A stretch of DNA of 41,252 nucleotides. Source: a virus. Lineage: Duplodnaviria; Heunggongvirae; Uroviricota; Caudoviricetes. Numbering within the stretch: position 1 is the stretch's first letter; each line of letters starts with the position of its first letter. Location: IMG/VR virus record IMGVR_UViG_2623620416_000002, positions 1-41,252 of that record, one strand, 5' to 3'. Shown piece by piece: positions 25,441-34,315 of the stretch. The notes beneath the pieces were generated by a model, which saw only the letters and a program-made list of their open reading frames with translations, was not told where the DNA came from and searched no databases. Both the position numbers and the translations under genes were made by a program.

Positions 25441-27365
25441 TGGCTAAGAAGAAGGCACCGAAATTAACATTAGAGCAAGAGCGCAAACTTTTGCTAAAAC
25501 CATGTCGCACTAAGCAAGAGCTTAAGGGCTGGATCAAATATTTCCTAAATCTAGAACTACCAGATGTAACTGTATCTCGTTACTCAGATACAAATCCCTT
25601 ACAGGTTATTTGGGAAGTTTATGATATTTGTGTTAATAAAAATAACCCTGAGAATATTAAAGAATTACTATTTGTTGCCGGTCGAGGTTCAGGAAAGACC
25701 TTAGGTATGGCTATTGCTGAACTTATGGTTATGTTTCATGATTCTCGTGAAGTTGTGCATGTTGGGGCTATTCAAAACCAAGCTGAACGTTGCTATGCTT
25801 ATCAAAAGAACTTTCTATATAATCGTAAATTAAAGCCACTCGTTACACCTCCTGATATTCCAGAAGAGCAAAGAATTTTAGAAAAAGCTAATATGTCTAA
25901 ATCTCTTTTTAATATTGGCGGTGAAAAGATTACACTAGAAGTTATCCCTTGTACGTTAAAAGCCTGTAACGGTCCTCACGTTCCCCTCGTGGTCGTGGAT
26001 GAGATCGATACGGTTTCTGGTGAAGGTGTGAAGGCCTTCAAAGAAATCTCAGGGATGCTTGACTCCCGTAACGGAAAGAAAGCCCTTCGTGTAGGTATCT
26101 CTACGCGTAAGTCACGTTATGGGCTAATGAATAAGCAAATTGAAAATGCTAAAGAAGAAGGTCGTACTGTTCGCCGCTGGACTGCATTTGAGTTCATGGA
26201 GCGTTGCGATGATACTAGATCAGGTACTAAAAAGATTCCACTTTATGTCAACCAAGACAAAATGGAGACTTTAACTCAGTATGAATTTGATAAAAAGGAA
26301 CCTGTTAAGCAAAAAGAATACACAATGTATGAAGGTTTTGAAGGTTGTGCTAAATGCCCTATCTTCTCAATTTGTTTAACAGATGCTAAAAATCAAACAT
26401 CTACTTCTCCTATGTTAAAAAATTTAGATGTGGATTTGATTCAAAAAGTTAAAGCAGAAGGCGCCGATTGGGCCCTTGCTCAGTTAATGAACTTGAAACC
26501 TTCAGTTGAAGGGATCATTTATCGTGAGTTTGAAGAAAAGATTCACGTTAAAGATTGGGATCAAATGTGGAAGATACTTACTGGTAAAGATTATCCAGGT
26601 GAGTGCTCTCATGATAGATTTGTTGCAAAGTGCCATGAAATGCAACTTCCATGCTATGCAGGGATTGACTGGGGATATTCATCGCCTAATACTGTTGTTT
26701 TCTTCTTTATTGATAAAAGAGATAATGTCTTTATAGTTTGCACTGATGGTATGACTCAGATTTCATCTCCTGCCTGGATTCATCACCTTAAGACTAAATA
26801 TCATCTTAAGTATAGAGTTCAACTATATGTACCAGATCAAGCAGATCAAGGTGCGATTCAAGAAATGAAAAAAGCAGGCTTACCTACTGCAAATGATGCA
26901 AAGAAGCCTGAGATCATGGCTGGTATTCAAACAATTAAGAAACTACTTAAAGTTCCTGGTGGATCTGAAGCTAAACTATTTATTAATGAGGAATGTCAGC
27001 ATATTATTAGTGAATTTGGTTTATATCACTATAAACTTGATGCTGCTGGTATGGTTACAGATATTCCAAACACAGATCACGATCACTGGTTGGATGCTTT
27101 ACGTTATCCACTTTCTTTGTTATTAGGTAAAAATAACATAGTTTTAGGTGGTGGACTAGATTTCGATAATACAGAAGGTTTGCGAGATACTAATGGTTCT
27201 TATAGCAGAACACCTACCGCTGCTGAATTTGCGCAAACACAAGGAATTCCGTTTCAACAAAATGAACCGGATGCTTCAAAGCTGGGAAAAATTGGTAAGA
27301 AATCTGATTTAGATGACCCAGATGATAGCTCTGGAAGCCAGGGCGGCTTCTTATGGTCCTTTTAA
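25440..27365 (+). CDS. Terminase large subunit
   Basis: Walker A AGRGSGKT, Walker B VVVDEID, motif III ISTRK, nuclease AGIDWG and DHWLDALRY. Confidence 0.93.
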   Translation: MAKKKAPKLTLEQERKLLLKPCRTKQELKGWIKYFLNLELPDVTVSRYSDTNPLQVIWEVYDICVNKNNPENIKELLFVAGRGSGKTLGMAIAELMVMFHDSREVVHVGAIQNQAERCYAYQKNFLYNRKLKPLVTPPDIPEEQRILEKANMSKSLFNIGGEKITLEVIPCTLKACNGPHVPLVVVDEIDTVSGEGVKAFKEISGMLDSRNGKKALRVGISTRKSRYGLMNKQIENAKEEGRTVRRWTAFEFMERCDDTRSGTKKIPLYVNQDKMETLTQYEFDKKEPVKQKEYTMYEGFEGCAKCPIFSICLTDAKNQTSTSPMLKNLDVDLIQKVKAEGADWALAQLMNLKPSVEGIIYREFEEKIHVKDWDQMWKILTGKDYPGECSHDRFVAKCHEMQLPCYAGIDWGYSSPNTVVFFFIDKRDNVFIVCTDGMTQISSPAWIHHLKTKYHLKYRVQLYVPDQADQGAIQEMKKAGLPTANDAKKPEIMAGIQTIKKLLKVPGGSEAKLFINEECQHIISEFGLYHYKLDAAGMVTDIPNTDHDHWLDALRYPLSLLLGKNNIVLGGGLDFDNTEGLRDTNGSYSRTPTAAEFAQTQGIPFQQNEPDASKLGKIGKKSDLDDPDDSSGSQGGFLWSF

Positions 27366-27366
27366 G

Positions 27367-27373
27367 GTAGAAT
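27367..27373 (+). promoter_or_regulatory. -10 box GTAGAAT (leadered)
   Basis: TAGAAT at 27368-27373; GAGGTG SD before GTG 27393. Confidence 0.55.
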
Positions 27374-27392
27374 AGCTAAATAGAGGTGCATT

Positions 27393-29396
27393 GTGGCAAT
27401 CTGGGATGACTGGTTAAAAAATAGAATTAAAGGTGAGATTGGTGAGCTGTTAAAAGCTGACGGCGTCACTGTTGATAATGATGCTCAAGCTGCAGCTCCA
27501 ACTGGTATGGTTACTGGAGCTTATACCGCTGATGTGCTTCCGGATCAACCCGAAAACAACGATGTTTCTAAGCAAATTGGCCGTAAAGCCATTATTGATG
27601 ATCCGTATTTTGAGCAAATGTCAAATACGGTCAATGTTAAGCAAAAACTTTCTAGACTTAGTAATAAATCACTTAAAGAAGTTTCTGTACGCGATTGGCT
27701 AGTTTCTTCTATTATTCAAGCCCGTGTTGACACATTGTTGCGTTTTTCTCGTCCAGAGCATAGAAGACATGAAATGGGTTTCCGCTTTGTTAAGAAAGAC
27801 CACAATGCAGAATACAGCACTGAAGAATTACAAGAGATAGCTTCTCTTGAAGATTTTATCTATAATTGTGGTCGTAAAGAAGGAACACCTGTTGAAGATC
27901 GAATGTTGTTTGGTGAGTTTTTAAAACTTACTGTTCGCGATGCTTTAACTTTTGGTCACGTAGCTATTGAAAAAGTTAAAACACGTAAAGGTGGATTACA
28001 CCGAATTCGTCCACTTCCTGCTGAAAACACATACCTACTTCCTCAGCGTATGTCAAAAGAGCAAATTATCCAACAAGATCAAGCGGCTCAACAACAGTTT
28101 AAACAGCCACTATCAAACAATGATCCTAAAGCTAAACAAGAATTAAATTTAGCTGATAATGAATACTGGAAATTCGTTCAAGTATCTTATAATATGCAAC
28201 CAATGAATTACTTTGGCGATGAGGATATGATTTGGAAGAATTTCAATCCACAGAACTTTGCTGATTCTCAGGGCTATTGTTATTCTCCACTTGAACTTGC
28301 TATTATCAATGTTACTAATCACTTGAATGTAGAAAACTATAATAGTAACTTCTTTACTCATGGTTATGCTGCACGAGGAGTTCTTCATTTAAAAGGGACT
28401 GTTACACAATCCCAATTAATGAATTTCCGTCGTCAGTTTTATAACACTATCTCAGGAACTCAACATGCTTGGAGAACTCCAATTGTTGCTGGTCTTGATG
28501 AAGTTCAATGGGTACCAATGTCTGGTTCTGCGAAGGAAATGGAATACATTAACTTCAATAACCACTTAATGCGTATCCTTTGTGCACAATTCCAAATTGA
28601 TCCAGTTGAATTAGGTCTTGATTACTTAGTTTCTGCTAATGGTAAATCTCCAGCTCAACAATCAAATAATGAATACAAGATTGAATATTCACGTGAGCGT
28701 GGTTTATATCCAATCTTAATGTTCATGGAAGACTTAATTAATTCTGACGTTTTGCCATCTATTGATAAAGATATGGCAAATAAGTATCGTTTTGTGTTTA
28801 CTGGCTATACAGATGAGACTCCTCAAACTGAAATTGCCCAAATGCAAGCTGAGATGACTGTATTTAAGTCAATGAATGATCTTTTAATTCAATCTCAAAA
28901 AGAACGAATTAAAACTCCTGCTGCAGATCTTCCATTAAATCAAGCTTTCTGGGCTTTGGTTGAAAAGAATATGACTAAAGGTGAGATTCGTGAAACATTC
29001 TTTGGTGACAAAGGTGCTTCTCAACGTCGAGAACTGCAATACATTCCTGGTGATCCAGCATTTATGAGTTGGCAACAGACACTGCTTGCTATTGATAATG
29101 CTAAGAAGCAAGAAGCTCAAATGGCTGCTCAAGGTCAATCTGAAGCTCAACAACAAGCTATGGAAATGAAACTTAAAGAGCAAGAGCATGGTCATAAAGA
29201 AGCTGCTCACGCTAGAGATCAAGAAAAGCATCAAATGGAAATAGAGCAACTAAAAGCTCAAGCTGCTGCTGATGCTGTTGGTCATGGTGGAAACGCTCTT
29301 CGCGATGCTGCTAAAAAGTTTGGTGCCTCTGGTGCATCTAACGTTGGTGGAAAAGTTATGGCTAATCCAATCAATAAATTAGACGATGAGAGTTAA
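27393..29396 (+). CDS. Portal protein
   Basis: Follows TerL; YSPLELA...NFFTHG...GVLHLKG...FRRQF...GLDEVQW...QFQIDPVELG fits the HK97/SPO1-type portal pattern. Confidence 0.88.
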   Translation: MAIWDDWLKNRIKGEIGELLKADGVTVDNDAQAAAPTGMVTGAYTADVLPDQPENNDVSKQIGRKAIIDDPYFEQMSNTVNVKQKLSRLSNKSLKEVSVRDWLVSSIIQARVDTLLRFSRPEHRRHEMGFRFVKKDHNAEYSTEELQEIASLEDFIYNCGRKEGTPVEDRMLFGEFLKLTVRDALTFGHVAIEKVKTRKGGLHRIRPLPAENTYLLPQRMSKEQIIQQDQAAQQQFKQPLSNNDPKAKQELNLADNEYWKFVQVSYNMQPMNYFGDEDMIWKNFNPQNFADSQGYCYSPLELAIINVTNHLNVENYNSNFFTHGYAARGVLHLKGTVTQSQLMNFRRQFYNTISGTQHAWRTPIVAGLDEVQWVPMSGSAKEMEYINFNNHLMRILCAQFQIDPVELGLDYLVSANGKSPAQQSNNEYKIEYSRERGLYPILMFMEDLINSDVLPSIDKDMANKYRFVFTGYTDETPQTEIAQMQAEMTVFKSMNDLLIQSQKERIKTPAADLPLNQAFWALVEKNMTKGEIRETFFGDKGASQRRELQYIPGDPAFMSWQQTLLAIDNAKKQEAQMAAQGQSEAQQQAMEMKLKEQEHGHKEAAHARDQEKHQMEIEQLKAQAAADAVGHGGNALRDAAKKFGASGASNVGGKVMANPINKLDDES

Positions 29397-29544
29397 AGAG
29401 TTATATATTGTAAACGATATGGTAGTCGACGAGGACTACCGTCTTGCTTATATAAAATTGCTTAAGGTACTATTTCGTCTAGAGATTATAGATAAAAGCC
29501 TAGCAATGGAACTCATTATGAAGTTTACACCGCTCTTTGTATAA
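29386..29544 (+). CDS. Small hypothetical protein, 52 aa (not in the ORF track)
   Basis: MRVKELYIVNDMVVDEDYRLAYIKLLKVLFRLEIIDKSLAMELIMKFTPLFV fills the portal-kinase gap; its stop lies within the next -10 box. Confidence 0.5.
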   Translation: MRVKELYIVNDMVVDEDYRLAYIKLLKVLFRLEIIDKSLAMELIMKFTPLFV

Positions 29545-29545
29545 T
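29539..29545 (+). promoter_or_regulatory. -10 box GTATAAT (leadered, AGGAG SD)
   Basis: TATAAT at 29540-29545. Confidence 0.6.
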
Positions 29546-29566
29546 CTCTTCTGATGAGGAGATTTC

Positions 29567-30427
29567 ATGGCATTAGTATTACTTGAAGGTTTAGATCGCA
29601 CAGGTAAATCTACCGTTGCCGCTTATTTTGAAACACTTGGTTTCGAAAAGATTCATCTTTCTGCTCCTGCTAAAGGAACCACTCCAGATCAATATCTACA
29701 AGATATGATTGATCTTGTTTCGTCTGCTGCAAATAAAGATATTGTAATGGATCGAACTCACTATGGTGAATTAGTGTGGCCACAAATCTATGGGCGTAAA
29801 GCTCTTCTTGATGAAGAGGCAATTGAGGCTCTTAGAGAAGTAGAAAATTCTGTAGGTGTTCAACGCCTATGGATGACAGATGATGACCTTAAGGCTCATT
29901 GGCAGCGTTGTGTAGATAATAAAGAACCTCTTGATAAGGCACAGTTTACTCGTGCACGAGGATTGTTTTCTTCAATTGCCAACCAATATGGTTTTGAAAA
30001 AGTCACACTACAGACGTTCCTTAAGCAATTTCCGGATGCTCAAGCGATTGTAGATGCACAAAAAGGTGCTGCACTAGAAAGTAAAACATTACAAGTAACT
30101 TCTTCTGGTGGTCAAACTACGACTACTGAAGTTGAAACGCCAGTTGCGCCAGTTAGTTCTACATCGGCTAAGTATCCACAAAAGTCACGTGAGCAGCATA
30201 CTTTAGAGGTTGCAAACGCTATTAATGAAATTTTATCAAAACGTATCCTCAAATCAAAAGGAAACGTGTATGATGATATTGAAAACGAAATGCGCCACTT
30301 CCTTCATACTAAATTAGGCAAGCTTTTAGGTGGCGGTTCAAATTCAAATGAACTTTCTTTAACTCAAGATGAAATTAAGTTTTACAAAACTATGTATAAA
30401 AGAGCTAACGATAAAGGAGCTAACTAA
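29567..30427 (+). CDS. Thymidylate-kinase-family P-loop nucleotide kinase with a C-terminal extension
   Basis: LLEGLDRTGKST P-loop and MDRTHYGELVW motif. Confidence 0.8.
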   Translation: MALVLLEGLDRTGKSTVAAYFETLGFEKIHLSAPAKGTTPDQYLQDMIDLVSSAANKDIVMDRTHYGELVWPQIYGRKALLDEEAIEALREVENSVGVQRLWMTDDDLKAHWQRCVDNKEPLDKAQFTRARGLFSSIANQYGFEKVTLQTFLKQFPDAQAIVDAQKGAALESKTLQVTSSGGQTTTTEVETPVAPVSSTSAKYPQKSREQHTLEVANAINEILSKRILKSKGNVYDDIENEMRHFLHTKLGKLLGGGSNSNELSLTQDEIKFYKTMYKRANDKGAN

Positions 30428-30999
30428 TGAAGGGTTTTCGCGTACCACCTCAGAAATCTAAAAATGAAGAAATCAACTCACTTAAAACTGAGTTGGCAAA
30501 CTTGCAAATGGCAGGTCGCATCTCTCAGATGATGACTCAACAGCTTATGCAGTCTGTTAAAACAATGTCAGAAGATTTAGGTTCTGCTCTTAATCAACTT
30601 TATGAAGCGCAGTATAAACTGAATGCAGTTCAAAAACTTCTTAAACTAGATGCAGTTGAACTTAATAAGATTGGTAATGAAATGCGTCTTGCAGACTTTG
30701 AAGAAGCTTCTGCGAAAGCCGATCTTAAAGATGGTCTTATTGCTGGAGAAGCTGTAGAAGCTGATAGCACTATCACTATTACTTCTGTTGCAAAAGATGA
30801 ACAAGGAAATGATCGCGGTATTTTCCGTTCTCGCCTTAAGCTGTCTGAATCTGGTGTTCCAGATTTGATTAATGGATTAGCTGGCAAAAAAGCTGGAGAT
30901 AAGCTTTCTGTTAAGCTTAATGGAATTGATCATGAAGTTGAATTACTAAGCGTACGTAATCCTACTGCAGTCCAAGCCGCGGCGGAAGTATCTCACTAA
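30427..30999 (+). CDS. Coiled-coil protein with a C-terminal FKBP/GreA-C-like fold
   Basis: PDLINGLAGKKAGDKLSVKL...VELLSVR resembles the FKBP/trigger-factor and GreA C-domain pattern. Confidence 0.5.
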   Translation: MKGFRVPPQKSKNEEINSLKTELANLQMAGRISQMMTQQLMQSVKTMSEDLGSALNQLYEAQYKLNAVQKLLKLDAVELNKIGNEMRLADFEEASAKADLKDGLIAGEAVEADSTITITSVAKDEQGNDRGIFRSRLKLSESGVPDLINGLAGKKAGDKLSVKLNGIDHEVELLSVRNPTAVQAAAEVSH

Positions 31000-31000
31000 A

Positions 31001-31405
31001 ATGGCTAATGAACCAGTCTCCAAAATGGACAAAAGGTGTCCTAGACGCCTTGAACAAATGCCGGATGACTGGTGCCCGCTTGCAGTGATGCGTCTAAAAG
31101 CTATTCGTAATGCTGGTCGTGAGTTAACTGAAGAGGAAGAAGCACTACTCCCAGGTTGTCCTTGGGCAGTTGATCATCAGTTGGCTCATTACTGTTTCTT
31201 TGAGTATTTATCAAAATTCACTTCAGAGAAATCTATATCTGATATAGAGTTAGCTGCACTTCTCAATGTATCTGTGGATACAATTAAAAAAATAGAAAAA
31301 CAGGCCCTAGTTAAAATGAGAGAACATAAATCCTTTGCCAACCTTAAAGGTGATGGCCCAGTTGTCTCAGACTCAGATTCCCCCGACTATAAGATATATC
31401 GCTAA
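31001..31405 (+). CDS. Cys-rich protein with a C-terminal sigma70 region-4-like HTH
   Basis: SDIELAALLNVSVDTIKKIEKQALVKMR matches the region-4 consensus ending in xxIExxALxKLR; four N-terminal Cys. Confidence 0.65.
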   Translation: MANEPVSKMDKRCPRRLEQMPDDWCPLAVMRLKAIRNAGRELTEEEEALLPGCPWAVDHQLAHYCFFEYLSKFTSEKSISDIELAALLNVSVDTIKKIEKQALVKMREHKSFANLKGDGPVVSDSDSPDYKIYR

Positions 31406-31417
31406 CTTAGAACCGTA

Positions 31418-31424
31418 GTATAAT
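31418..31424 (+). promoter_or_regulatory. -10 box GTATAAT, leaderless geometry
   Basis: TATAAT at 31419-31424, 7 nt before GTG 31432; flanked by a near-palindrome CCGTAG/CTATGG. Confidence 0.65.
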
Positions 31425-31431
31425 CTATGGT

Positions 31432-33087
31432 GTGGCTAAGAAACCTCTAGAAATTGACATGATTGCCGGCTCCCAGCTTAGGGACACACAGGGAGAAATG
31501 CTCTCCGTGGAAGGCGCTGATATATCTGAATTACAAGCTGGCCGTGGTCGTCTTAATGATAATCATGGAAAAGGCTTCTTTAATGCTATTGGTCGCGTAA
31601 CCGATGCTAAAAAAATCTTTAAAAAAGAAGATTGTGAAAATGAAAGACAAGAGTATTACTGGAATAAAGTAAAAGCTCCTTTTATTTTTGTTAAAGGCTA
31701 TCTATATGACGATGAAGATCATCCTAATGCTAGAGCAGCTGCCGCTATTTTAAGAAACATACATAAAACTGATACACCGCTACAGCTGAAAGCTTCAGTT
31801 GAAGGTGGAGTTCTTGCTCGTGGTGTTTCTGATAGTACGTTGCTTGCTAGAACTAAAATTCATTCGGTGGCGTTAACATTTACTCCTGCTAATAACAATA
31901 CCCTTGTTGAGCCTACCAGTCTTAAGAAATCAGAATACGATGAGGCTGCAGATATGCTTCTCATTAAATCTGTAGTTCATTTGGCTCAAACAAATGTACC
32001 TTCTTTCCGTCATATCGCTCGCGATGCTTCAGCTACAAAGGTTCAAAATAACCTTACAAAGCTTGTAGATCTTATGAGAGAGTTAGGAATTGAAGGAGAG
32101 ATTACAATCCCCTCTAAACAGCAAATTCTAAATAAAGCTTTAGAGCAAAAAATTCAAACTAATATAGAATTAATAAAACAAAAGATGGCCGAATTAAAAG
32201 CAGAAGAGCTTGAAAAAGCTGGTATTAAAAATGCTTTAGCGGCTGCTGGCATGGGCGCTGCATTAGCAATGAGCCCATCAATGACTTCACAGAATGATTC
32301 ATCTCCAGTAGCACCTTCTGTACCTGCTGAAGCTCAAAAGCAAAAAGCTTCTATGCAGGAAGTATATAGCCGAGTATCAAAAGAGCACCCAATGCTTGGT
32401 GCAATTGGTATGAAAGAATCTTCTGGTGGAAAAAACCTTAATCATAAAACGATGAAAGGTGGAATTCACGATGGAATGACAGCTGGCGGACCATGGGGAA
32501 TGATGCCACACTCAGCGGCATTTGCTATTAAAAAAGATAAAGATTTAGCAGAAAAGTACCCTAAGTTAGCAGAAATTGCAAATGATGTAGATAAACATCA
32601 TAAGACATTTACAGATACATTCAATAATGATCCTGAAGCTGCAGCTGACTTTGCAATTTCAGCATATAAGAGAAATAAGAGCAAAACTAAGAGTGACCAT
32701 CAAATGGCTTATAGTTGGCTTAATGGTTTAAAAGGTTCTTGGAATAAGTATAAAGAAGGTGGCCAAGCTGCCCTAGAGCAACACCCTTATGTACAAGGCG
32801 TAATGTCTGAATATAAGAAGTTAAAAAGTGAAAAAGTTGAGCAAAAGAAACCACTTAAGAAAGCTATGACAGCTGGATATGGTGGAGCGGCGTCCCCTAC
32901 GTCACGAGTTTCTGGCGCAGTAATCCAGAGTGAGTCCTTAGAACAAGGTCGACCTGGGTTTAAGTATATTTCGTGTGATAATTGTGGAAAAGAGCAAGTC
33001 CACTCTAAACACCAGGTAAAATGTAGGGAGTGTGGTCATGGTATGAGTTTTGAAAAGTTATACCAGGCTATGCGCGGTAATAAGTAA
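31432..33087 (+). CDS. Prohead protease fused to a lytic-transglycosylase-like domain, a capsid N-arm copy and a zinc ribbon
   Basis: N-domain NDNHG...IGRV...ASVEG...VALTFTPAN (HK97/SPO1-type protease). Middle KESSGG...GPWGMMP (SLT-like). C-terminal KAMTAGYGG... and CDNC/CREC. Confidence 0.75.
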   Translation: MAKKPLEIDMIAGSQLRDTQGEMLSVEGADISELQAGRGRLNDNHGKGFFNAIGRVTDAKKIFKKEDCENERQEYYWNKVKAPFIFVKGYLYDDEDHPNARAAAAILRNIHKTDTPLQLKASVEGGVLARGVSDSTLLARTKIHSVALTFTPANNNTLVEPTSLKKSEYDEAADMLLIKSVVHLAQTNVPSFRHIARDASATKVQNNLTKLVDLMRELGIEGEITIPSKQQILNKALEQKIQTNIELIKQKMAELKAEELEKAGIKNALAAAGMGAALAMSPSMTSQNDSSPVAPSVPAEAQKQKASMQEVYSRVSKEHPMLGAIGMKESSGGKNLNHKTMKGGIHDGMTAGGPWGMMPHSAAFAIKKDKDLAEKYPKLAEIANDVDKHHKTFTDTFNNDPEAAADFAISAYKRNKSKTKSDHQMAYSWLNGLKGSWNKYKEGGQAALEQHPYVQGVMSEYKKLKSEKVEQKKPLKKAMTAGYGGAASPTSRVSGAVIQSESLEQGRPGFKYISCDNCGKEQVHSKHQVKCRECGHGMSFEKLYQAMRGNK

Positions 33088-33097
33088 GTAACAACAT

Positions 33098-33121
33098 CAC
33101 GTGTTTAAGTATAGGCACGTG
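33098..33121. promoter_or_regulatory. CACGTG-N12-CACGTG operator-like site upstream of the capsid operon
   Basis: Same 6-12-6 geometry as 18992 and 23974; TATATT follows at 33123. Confidence 0.45.
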
Positions 33122-33174
33122 GTATATTTAATAAATATTGAGTTCAACTCATATTGTAAAAGGAGATCATACTC

Positions 33175-33546
33175 ATGGCAAATTCTGCTGCAATTCTTCA
33201 AAAGCTAGCTCGCAATGCGAAGATGCTCGGATTGACTGTTAATTCACAAAGTCAAACGGCTGTCGTAATCGAAAATGGCACTAACGATATCACTATCAGT
33301 TATGTTGACGCATCTTTCAGCCCTGCGGTTGTTGGTGGCGTTGATTCATCTGTTAGCCCATACCTTGGTATTGGCGTAGGTAACCCTGGTAAAGTTGCAA
33401 TCACTTGCACAGATGCAGCACTTTCTGCAACTGGCATGAAAGTATTAGCAATGTGCGCAGCTCTTGCTAACGATCTTCAAGTATCGTTAAATGGAACTGT
33501 AACTGTAATTCGTGGACATAGCGATATTATCGGCCTTGGTCAGTAA
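33175..33546 (+). CDS. Hypothetical protein, probably head structural, 123 aa
   Basis: AAGGAG SD; lies between protease and scaffold. Confidence 0.7.
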   Translation: MANSAAILQKLARNAKMLGLTVNSQSQTAVVIENGTNDITISYVDASFSPAVVGGVDSSVSPYLGIGVGNPGKVAITCTDAALSATGMKVLAMCAALANDLQVSLNGTVTVIRGHSDIIGLGQ

Positions 33547-33577
33547 TCTTTAACGGAAACTGACGAAAGGAGATCAC

Positions 33578-34297
33578 ATGGATAACAAATTACAAAAGAG
33601 TCTTACAGATCTAATCGATGAAACTCTTATGGAGCTAGACGAACTTCGTAAATCGAAATTCGCTGCTGCTGAGATCAAAATCGAAGGTCCAGGCGATGGT
33701 ATCGCTGGTAAGCCGTCTGATGGAAAGTTAGATGCTGCTAAAGCTGACGACGACAAAAAAGACGAAAAAGACGAAGACAAAAAAGACATGGATAAAGCTG
33801 AAGACAAGAAAGACGATAAAAAGTCTGACGAAGAAGAAGCTGAAGACATGGATAAAAAAGAAGACAAAGAAGATAAAGATGAGGACAAAGAACCTCACAA
33901 AGACGACCCTAAGCATGAAGAAAAAGAAAAGAAGATTGCAAAAGACCTTCTTGACATGCACAAAGGTGAAATGAAAAAGTCTTTAGAATCTACTGAGTCT
34001 TTAATGAAGAGCTACGTTGAAGAGCGAGTAAAGCCGCTTGAAGACAAACTTTCTACAATCCTTGACTTAGTCAATAAGATTGCAGATGCTCCTGTTGCTC
34101 CTAAAGGTGCTACAGCAAGAACAACTCCTCTGTTGAAATCAGCGGATCAAGGTTCTGAACCATTGTCAAAAGCTCAAGTAGCTTCAAAACTATTTGAATT
34201 GAAAAAATCAGGTACTCGCGTTGATTCTTTAGATATTACTAAAGCTGAAATGGGACAAGACCTACAACAAATTGCTAAAAAATACGAGATTTCGTAA
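33578..34297 (+). CDS. Putative capsid scaffolding protein
   Basis: Very K/D/E-rich with a coiled-coil C-terminus, many xxK(A/S) motifs, and position directly before the MCP. Confidence 0.7.
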   Translation: MDNKLQKSLTDLIDETLMELDELRKSKFAAAEIKIEGPGDGIAGKPSDGKLDAAKADDDKKDEKDEDKKDMDKAEDKKDDKKSDEEEAEDMDKKEDKEDKDEDKEPHKDDPKHEEKEKKIAKDLLDMHKGEMKKSLESTESLMKSYVEERVKPLEDKLSTILDLVNKIADAPVAPKGATARTTPLLKSADQGSEPLSKAQVASKLFELKKSGTRVDSLDITKAEMGQDLQQIAKKYEIS

Positions 34298-34315
34298 TCA
34301 AAGGAGAAAACGAAA

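Noticed and set aside
14402-27365. Inteins or introns in DnaE, RecA or TerL
   Set aside because: No C/S...HN splice motifs or LAGLIDADG blocks. The extra length is explained by the exonuclease fusion and a Cys-containing insertion in TerL.
33574-33974. Ser-rich, Phe-rich and Lys/Thr-rich ORFs, and a possible tandem DNA repeat
   Set aside because: These are alternate-frame shadows of the low-complexity K/D/E scaffold sequence; there is no regular repeat unit.
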